A stretch of DNA of 64,000 nucleotides from Octopus vulgaris. Its lineage: Eukaryota. Made by a program: the position numbers and the translations under genes. Shown one piece after another: positions 55,770-64,000 of the stretch; position 1 is the first letter of the stretch, and each line of letters opens with the position of its first letter. The stretch is from the NCBI GenBank assembly GCA_951406725.2, contig OX597822.1, positions 49,600,001-49,664,000 on the forward strand, given 5' to 3'. The notes below the pieces were generated by a model, which was not told the origin of the DNA, searched no databases, and worked only from the letters and a program-made list of their open reading frames with translations.

Positions 55770-56400
55770 ATACAGGACACCGCGGAACGTAAACAACATA
55801 AGATAGAGAAACAGCAAATACAACATGGAATACAAACATTTTTTGGCGAACAACGAAAGAGACAAACGGAAAACAAGACAAGCAATACGAAAAAATGACC
55901 TTTCATCAGTTGTTAGCTGTTCTACTTCGTATTTCGAGCATTTAACTGCAATTTACGCTTTCGACATAACAGTTGCTCCCGCAAAGCAAATTAAATAAAA
56001 TTTGAAATTTTGCGGAGTGCCAAAGTTGGTAACAAAAACAAGACAGTTGAAACAGACAGAAAGGACTGATAAACCTCGACGAGTTGAGTTGGTGAACGTG
56101 GAGAAACAAGCTCTGACAGGAGACAGATAAGAATGCATCCAATCCCTGCGACTGATCAGAGAGAAAGCAGAAAATTCTACTTACGAGAAGAAAGATGGCC
56201 GACGGTCACGTGTGAGCAACGAGAGAGCAAAGACGGAAGAGTAAGGAAAGAGAAGGACAAACAGAGAACGGCGAAAGGGAGAAGAAAAGAAAAGATGAGA
56301 GTGGAAATCATAAAGGAGAGAAGAGTAGATAAAGAGAATAGAGAAAGGAAGAGAGAGGAAACGAAAGAGGGGAAGAAAGAGGATAGAAAGAGTATCGAAT
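55770..56400 (-). mobile_element. pLTR-like element with degenerate HHR motifs
   Basis: Minus strand CUGUU..GUCGAA-AGCGU..AUGCU-CGAAA-UAC gaa GUA-gAACAG, then CUGAUGAAAGG. Preceded by a polypyrimidine tract as in the 49-50 kb PLE. Confidence 0.45.
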
Positions 56401-56524
56401 CGATATTATTAAGATAAAACTTACTTAGAAATGGATGCGTTCAATCATATAATGATATAAATTATATATAAATATATTTGCATACATACACATATATATG
56501 ATCATACATATATTTGTATATACA

Positions 56525-56579
<55 letters not shown>

Positions 56580-56602
56580 TATATATATTATATATATAAA
56601 TA

Positions 56603-56634
<32 letters not shown>

Positions 56635-56644
56635 ATTATAGAAA

Positions 56645-56740
56645 TGGCTGTGTGGTAAGTAGCTTGCTTAACGACTACATGGTTCCGGGTTCAATCCCAC
56701 TGCGAGGCCCCTTGCGCAAATATCTTCTACTATAGTCTCC
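56645..56740 (+). mobile_element. SINE family 1 head
   Basis: tggctgtgtggtaagtagcttgct..acatggttccgggttcaatcccactgcg (A and B boxes). Confidence 0.8.
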
Positions 56741-56928
56741 TTAATTTTGTTAATTAATTAATAATGAAGTGTACTACATGTAACACCATCATGCTAGAAA
56801 TAACATTCAAAACGACTGGAAAACACAGTTTTCACTTGTACACAAGTGAGAAATCGAGGGAATAAGAAGTAAAATTTTAAGACCCTGTACCATAGACGAA
56901 AAGGATCGAAAAGAATGAAGATCAGACA

Positions 56929-56986
56929 TACCCATATCGGTGATTTCGAACTTGGTAAATGATCACTTTGTTCTCGTCAGTGAGTA
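56929..56986 (-). ncRNA. Canonical-core type I hammerhead ribozyme
   Basis: UACUCA-CUGACGA-GAAC (18-nt loop) GUUC-GAAA-UC acc GA-UA/UGGGUA. Partial inverted copy at about 57208-57255. Confidence 0.8.
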
Positions 56987-57254
56987 ATAATGACCTAGGG
57001 TTACAAGTATTACCTTTCATTATTATTTAATAATTTTACCTTTATGGCTCTTTTACACAATACTAGCCACCGATATTATTGTAAATCATTAAGAATGATA
57101 TCCTTATATATTAAAAAAAAATTATTCACTTTGGCATCTTTGAAAATTTGCTGCGGCATTAAAAATGATTATCGCACAAAGCGGGTCGTAGCGGGCATGG
57201 TTTTGGTCCTGGGTCAGTACTACTCACTGACGAAACCAAAGTGACCATTCACAA

Positions 57255-57307
<53 letters not shown>

Positions 57308-57371
57308 CATATACATAAATACATAAATGCATAAAAACATAAATACATGAATACATACATACATACATACG

Positions 57372-57427
<56 letters not shown>

Positions 57428-57689
57428 AACATACATACATAATACACATATATACAAGCATACTCACACACACATCACATGCAACAGTATTTCTATGGAG
57501 TGCTTTCCAAAGCTTTTGTAAATCAATTAAATTTACTTGATAAAAGGAGAAGTGGTGAATGCGTTCCGGTTTTGGTATATTATAACTACATCATTAAACG
57601 AATACCCCATAATTCAAACCGCTGCGAATTGTACGAAAAACTAGTGATCTTAGTCATAGAGATATTTTATCCTTTACTTGATTCTGTCA

Positions 57690-57885
57690 TTAGACTGAGG
57701 CCATTCTGTGGAGACCCCTTGAAGGTTTTAGTCGAACAAAGTGACCCCACTATTTATTTTTGTGAAGCCTGGTACTTATTCTATCACTTTGTTTTTGTCA
57801 ACCATACTTTATGGGGACGTAAAAAAACAAAAGTTTCCGTCTACCAAACTTATTGATTAGGCTTTGTCGGGTCGTGGCTATAGTA
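57690..57885 (-). mobile_element. SINE family 1 (decayed)
   Basis: ttagtcgaacaaagtgacccc..gcctggtacttattctatc..gtttccgtctaccaaa..ggctatagta. Confidence 0.65.
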
Positions 57886-58399
57886 TTTGTACGTGTGCGT
57901 CTATGTGTGAGTGTGTTTGTATCTGTGTTCATGTGTGTGTGTGTGTGTGTTTTTTTTTCATCAAATATAAAATTTTTGTTTAAGCGAACGCCAATTGCAA
58001 ATATACTTCTAAAAAGAGTACAAATAAAATGATTGTTCAGCCATATGGTATTAAGATTATATTTATTGTAACAATGAAAACTTGAAGAAGTTTCTAAAAA
58101 GCAAAACAAAAGAAACGAAAAAGAAAATCATAGATTTCAGACTGAATGAATCTTTGATTTAATCTCGATCTATAATTGTTGTAAAAAGGATCTAAAATAA
58201 ATAAACAAAACAAATATTAAAAAGAAACAGAAGAAAAAAGAAGGAAAAACGACCATTACTCTATATTTTCAGACTTAAAATTGAAATTCGCTTCTGATAT
58301 TCGAAGCAACTGATTTACAGCAGACAATTTGCTGTCCAAAGTGAAAACAGAAATCAGCCCGAAACGAAAAAATCAATACATTTCTTTTAGCTTTCATCA

Positions 58400-58695
58400 T
58401 TTACTTGTTTCAGACACCAGACTGCGGCCATACAGAGGCACAGTCTTATTTTTTTAAAGCCTGGTAGTTATTTTATTGGTCCCTTTTGCTGAAGCACTAC
58501 GGTATGGTGACATAAACCGACACTGATTACCAAAAGGTGGTGAAGGCGAGCAAAAAAGGTACACAGACACACATGCGCGCGCACACAGACGCATGCACAC
58601 ACATATACGACAGGCTTCTTTCAGTTTCGTATAACAAATCCACACACACATAGTGCGGGGCTATAGTAGAAGGTACTCGCCTAACTTTCCACACT
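58400..58695 (-). mobile_element. SINE family 1 (decayed)
   Basis: gactgcggccat..aaagcctggta..cttttgctgaa..atacgacaggcttctttcagtttcgt..ggctatagtagaag. Confidence 0.7.
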
Positions 58696-58774
58696 GCTAC
58701 ACCAGTATCTAACCTTTTACTTCTCCTCCAGCATATTATTATGGATTCTCTCTCTCTCTCTCACCCTCTCTTTC

Positions 58775-58902
58775 TATATATATATATGTATGTTTGTATG
58801 TATGTATGTGTGTGTATATATGTATGTATGTATATGTATGTATGTGTATGTATGTATGTATGTATGTATATATGTATGTATATATATATATCTATGTATG
58901 TA

Positions 58903-58947
<45 letters not shown>

Positions 58948-59139
58948 ATATATATGTATGAATGTATATATATATATGTATGTATGTATGTGTATATATA
59001 TATATATGTATGTATGTATACATATATATATATGTATGTGTATATATATATATGTGTTGTATATATATGTATGTATATATATATGTATGTATATATATGT
59101 ATATATATATATACGTATGTATGTATATATATATGTATG

Positions 59140-59170
<31 letters not shown>

Positions 59171-59292
59171 GTATGAATATATATACATGTATATATATAT
59201 ACATGTATATTATATATGTATGAATGTATATATATGCATATATATATGTATATGTATATATATATGTATGTATATATATGTATATATATATG

Positions 59293-59363
<71 letters not shown>

Positions 59364-59532
59364 GTGTATATGTATGTGTATATATATATTTGTATGTATA
59401 TATATGTATGTATATATATATATATGTATGTATATATATATGTATGTATATGTATATATATATATGTATGTATATGTTTGTATATATATATATGTATGTA
59501 TATGTATGTATATATATACATGTATGTATATG

Positions 59533-59626
<94 letters not shown>

Positions 59627-59662
59627 GTATGTATATATATATATATATATACGTACGTATAT
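58775..59662. repeat. ~0.9 kb complex (TA)n/(TATG)n microsatellite
   Basis: Direct reading. Confidence 0.95.
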
Positions 59663-60420
59663 AAAAATATAATTAAGATTCAGTTGAATTAGGTACTTAA
59701 ATTGAGGCACCTTGCCAGTTCGGTATACTCCGTAAAGCTACAAATTAGTTGAATACAATGTAAATAAGTAAAAATTAGGTACAGTTGTCAATACATTACG
59801 GCTGCATTTAATTGATCAATCAACATATTGCATCAGTTTGAAAGAAACCGCTCTCTTCAGAACAGATGACCGTAAAGATTTCAAACGCAAAGTATGAAAC
59901 GTTTTCAACAAATTTGCATCAATAATAGCAACCAAAATAATTACATTGTTTCCTTGTGCTATATCTGGAGATTGTTATATTAAATGGAGAAAATTAAAAT
60001 CAATATATAGAATAAAAGGAAAGAAATTAAACTTAAAATCTAAACATGGGATACTTTAATATCTAAGAAAAACTCTTAAGGTATTTCCTAAGCATACTGT
60101 TAAGGTGCTATGACAAAACTATTCTACAATGAATGTATAACTGAAATAGATCACCCTGAGGAGTACATAGTATATATTAGAACATATTTTCCTCATTACG
60201 GGTGGATAAATATAAGATACCGAAAATATGGAATCGAATATAGGAAGTAATTAAATTAGAAGTATACTAAATGTATAAGGGAGTACATTCAGAATCAATA
60301 GCTAAATCGATTTGGACATCTAAAAATTTAATCAGTATTGCATGTTTCAAAAATCTAGTAAAATTAAATAAAATAAGGATTTCCATATCTAGTGACTTTT
60401 AGAAAAGAACCTTGTAAAAA

Positions 60421-60815
60421 TCTTTATATATAAAAGTGAAGTTGTGTGTCTGTCTCCTCCGATTTAGATTCCTAACTACTCCCACATTTTGCGGTGCAGT
60501 TTAACCAAAACCGGGTATCTTATAGTCGTGATTCATATCGAGCACTTCTGGGTATTAGCGCGCGTCTACGATGAGTCTACGATTTAAAAAAAATACCATC
60601 ATTTTTTTCCATTTTAATGCATTTCTTCGCTATTATATAAGGGAAGTAACTCTCTTAAAATGTCTACGATGAGTCAACGAATTAAAAAAAAAATTACCAT
60701 ATTTTTTTTTCCATTTTTAATGCATTTTTTTGCTATTTTTTGTCTATAACTCTCTAAAAATGCTTATATAGTTATTTCCCTTACAAACCCGAGCAACACC
60801 GGGCGATACTGCTAG
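60421..60815 (+). mobile_element. Non-autonomous Helitron-like element
   Basis: Inserted between A and T. 5' TC, 3' CTAG, subterminal hairpin cccg-agcaacac-cggg (60788-60803), internal tandem gtctacgatgagtc..cga.ttaaaa duplication, no TSD. Confidence 0.8.
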
Positions 60816-61699
60816 TTATTTATAAATTACAAACACCAGGAAAAATTATGAAAGGCTATATGAAAGTATAAAAAATATCACATATAGATGTAAACTTTAT
60901 AAAACATAATGTGTAATTATGAATATAAAATATAGTATTGTATTACACAGTGAGTTTTATGAAAAGAAATTATAAACCCCTTAATACTTTATAGGAGCTA
61001 CATAAATGCATAGCAGGCTCTAAAGATATATAAACATTTAATAATATACAATTTAAAAATATAAAAAATAAAAGTTTTATAAAATATTTCTTTGTGAATG
61101 ATATAAATGATATCAAAGGTATAACGGAAATAAAAAATAAGGTTAAGTCAAGATAAAACACAGTGAAATAAGGATTAATTTATAGATTATGATATAAATT
61201 ATAAATTATATTGGTATATTGAAAATCATTCTTAGGTATGTTATTATTATAATACTCACCAAAAAATAAAGCTATGTATACTAATTGAAATACTAATTGA
61301 AAAAAATATTAAGTGAAAAAATAAATTAAGATAAAGTTACCATGGGAAATGGGTTCATGAAATATTTCTAAAATATAACAAAGACACTGATCTATGTAGA
61401 ATAATATTTGTTCCTGGGGGGGGGGGTATACTTAGTGGAGGGGCAACGGTTAGTAATCCATTGCGATTCTATGTATTATACTAGCTATAAGGGAAGATAA
61501 TCCCAATACCAACGAGGCGCATATGTAATATAATCATTGAAAGATTGCAAATTAAATTAGTTAACATTTATTAGAAAGCAATACTACTTATATTTCGAAA
61601 GAATAGAATGGTGGGTACCCCAGATACCTTGCGCTACCAATTCATAGCATGATATTTTTATTATTACTTTCTTCTGAAGTATTTGAAGGTACGGGTAAT

Positions 61700-62300
61700 C
61701 CTATAAACGCAGGATACTCTAAGATCTAGTTTATTATTAACTAGGTTTTGTTTATCTCTACATTTGAATATTTCATAAACCTCCATACAAAATTGTTCAC
61801 ATCCATATCGGTTATTTGTGTATAGCTGAGCTCAACTGTTTTTTTTCGCATTTTAGGTTTAATTAACTATTACTATGGTTGAGTTGCCAGATTTTCGTAG
61901 ATATTGACGTATTGTTGGCTTTATACCTAAGTCTAAAAGATGAAAACTGGTTGGTTATTCAAACGTTTTTTCATGCTTAAATGAAGTTATTAGTTTCCCT
62001 CATTACTGTACATTTAAACATGACATTTCCAGCCAAACACTGGCCCAATAACGGACATTGTGATCCTGCTCTACAATTGCAACTGCGGATATTATTATTA
62101 GCATTACTTACTCTCTCATTAACATATATAGTGTTGCCATTCACGGTATCGCTCAAATTCGTAGAAATATTATCAAGTGTTATGTCACTGTTATTCGAGT
62201 TATTATAATAGGTATTATTATATCTATTTATATTGGCCCTACTGTTTTGGATTATATCATTAAATGCCATACCCCGAACCAGTAATCGTTGCATTTGGGA
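61700..62300 (-). pseudogene. Decayed PLE GIY-YIG fragment with Asn-rich linker
   Basis: RSCNCRAGSQCPLLGQCLAGNVMFKCTV..., then SSFRLRYKANNTSISTKIWQL. Confidence 0.75.
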
Positions 62301-62696
62301 TACTTAGTATTTCATCTGCGGTTTATTGGCTCTGTTATCTATGCTGACTGCATTGTTACTAGTTGAAAGTGGGTTCTCAGTATTATCCGTGATATTATTG
62401 CACCGACACCACACACCATCATCCTCACACCCACACATGATCATCCGCACACCCACACACCATCATCCACATACCCACACATTACAGATGCACAAACACA
62501 CGCACACATCCACACAGTCAGTAGCCCCTAGCCACACACAAGTACACATTCTTATATATACATACACGCACGTGCACCTTCGTTTTGGGATCACTAATGC
62601 TATATTATCCCCCCTTATGTCTAACCCTCCTGTAAAAGCTTTTTTCCAGCCAGGCGCCATGCTTTTTATTCTCTCTCTGTTTATTTTCTCTTATTC

Positions 62697-62822
62697 CTTT
62701 CTGTTGAAGAGCGAAGGCTCTAAATGTAAAAGAATTTCTCTTTCCTGAGCGTCAAACAAATAAATCTGCTTGTTGTTCATACACCTGGCTTCGTCTTTTG
62801 TTTTTCTGTAAGTTTCAACTAT
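62697..62822 (+). mobile_element. pLTR 3' end with decayed HHR-like motif
   Basis: ctttCTGTTGAaGAGCgaagGCTCtaaatgtaaaag with the tail as at 7033 and 50322. Confidence 0.6.
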
Positions 62823-62946
62823 ATTATTGATTCTTGTATATCTACTATTATTAGAATTCAAGAATTAATGTTGTGTGGTATTTGAAATACGTATATTTAT
62901 TTCTATATATGCACGTGCATCAGCTTCACCATGTTACTTCAAGCAA

Positions 62947-63200
62947 CCACAGACTAGTTTCGGAGTGTTTGCCCCTTAAAAATGTGGAGTAGCCGAACGC
63001 AGTAGGCGTCGCTGTTGACTGTGTTCGAAGGTGTATATATATTCAGTGGAAGCAGCCACTGATTTTCAAAAATAGAAATATAATTTCTAAATCCCCCTAA
63101 AGGAGAATACTGCAGAATAATGCTGGGCATCGCCAAGCTAACATAGCAGTCTAGAAATATAGGACGAATGCTGCCGTTGATTAGCTCCAAGAAGTCGTCG

Positions 63201-63205
<5 letters not shown>
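62947..63205 (-). mobile_element. Retrozyme-like element family B/D, diverged partial monomer with dead HHR core
   Basis: Colinear with 50691-50965. HHR at 62947-62987: CCACA-UUUUUAA-GGGG caaaca CUCC-GAAA-CUAG-UC/UGUGG. Confidence 0.7.
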
Positions 63206-63280
<75 letters not shown>

Positions 63281-64000
63281 GGTGTTTGTGTGTGTATAAG
63301 CATGTGTTCTTATACATGTATTACAGCAATAATAAAGGGACTGGATGCATGTTTGCTGAGTACAATATTCTTTGCTAAGTAATGCATGACTATTACACAT
63401 TGACAAGTAACATTTTAGATTTGTATTCACAGATTTTCTTTACTGAATTTGTTATGAAATACTGTGGTTTGTGAAGGCTATATGCATATAAAACCGTTTA
63501 TTATAATTGTTTCAAATGAAACTTACTCAAACATTATCTTTTCCATATTAACCAAATTCACTAACATTCAATAATAATAGAAAATTATGAGCATTTTGAA
63601 TCATCAGAAACCAAGAAATTGCTTCCGCCGAAAATGTATTCACTCTACATTAAAAGTACGTGCGGTGATTAGAAATTATGCCGAAAATTCAGTTATCTCT
63701 TTAGCCACTGTCTATTGTAACATGATGCGAACAGCTTAAATTCCATTGGATTCACTGCTATTACATTTATACTCAAAATATCAGATTAATCAAATTTTCA
63801 GATTACAGAGACGATTCAGAACTAATCTCGTGATTTATATTTAGCCGCTGGTAAATAAGCTATAATGTTACATGGCAGTTATTACATTGAGTTAACTCTT
63901 AACATTTATTGAAGATCATTCTCTAATGTATGGATTTTGAGAATCTTTACTTATCAAAACACCTTATTAAGACTGTGAGCGAGCAAACCGAATTGATTTC

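Noticed and set aside
58741-59710. Long ORFs of Y/I/M/C/V (also 4215, 9782, 41098, 42458, 45015, 57220 and others)
   Set aside because: Translations of stop-free (TA)n/(TG)n/(TATG)n microsatellites.

Overview
AT-rich eukaryotic (metazoan) non-genic DNA, saturated with (TA)n/(TG)n/(TAA)n microsatellites, tRNA-derived SINEs and decayed retroelements. The repeat landscape resembles an Octopus/cephalopod genome (inference from SINE and microsatellite style only). No intact host gene is supportable, and most ORF-track entries are microsatellite translations. Recognisable elements are Dong/R4-type RLE non-LTR retrotransposon relics (about 1.4-3.4 kb, 22.9-25.4 kb and smaller pieces), many Penelope-like element (PLE) RT and GIY-YIG fragments, an RTE fragment, a mariner derivative, a non-autonomous Helitron and a gag-like zinc knuckle. 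The main unexplained signal is RNA-structural: about 17 type I hammerhead-ribozyme (HHR) motifs read by eye. Among them is a family of ~360-nt circularly permuted/tandem units (7.2-7.8 kb, 50.5-51.1 kb, 62.9-63.2 kb, and a related partial copy at 42.1-42.4 kb). Each unit carries a minimal HHR with a palindromic helix III, often with the compensated U3-A8 core. The HHR is followed by an unassigned, covarying two-hairpin RNA motif and a terminal hairpin abutting (TA)n. One copy is fused directly to a PLE GIY-YIG endonuclease fragment. This looks like a retrozyme-type small circular-RNA system mobilised by PLEs. All ribozyme calls are sequence-based and untested.
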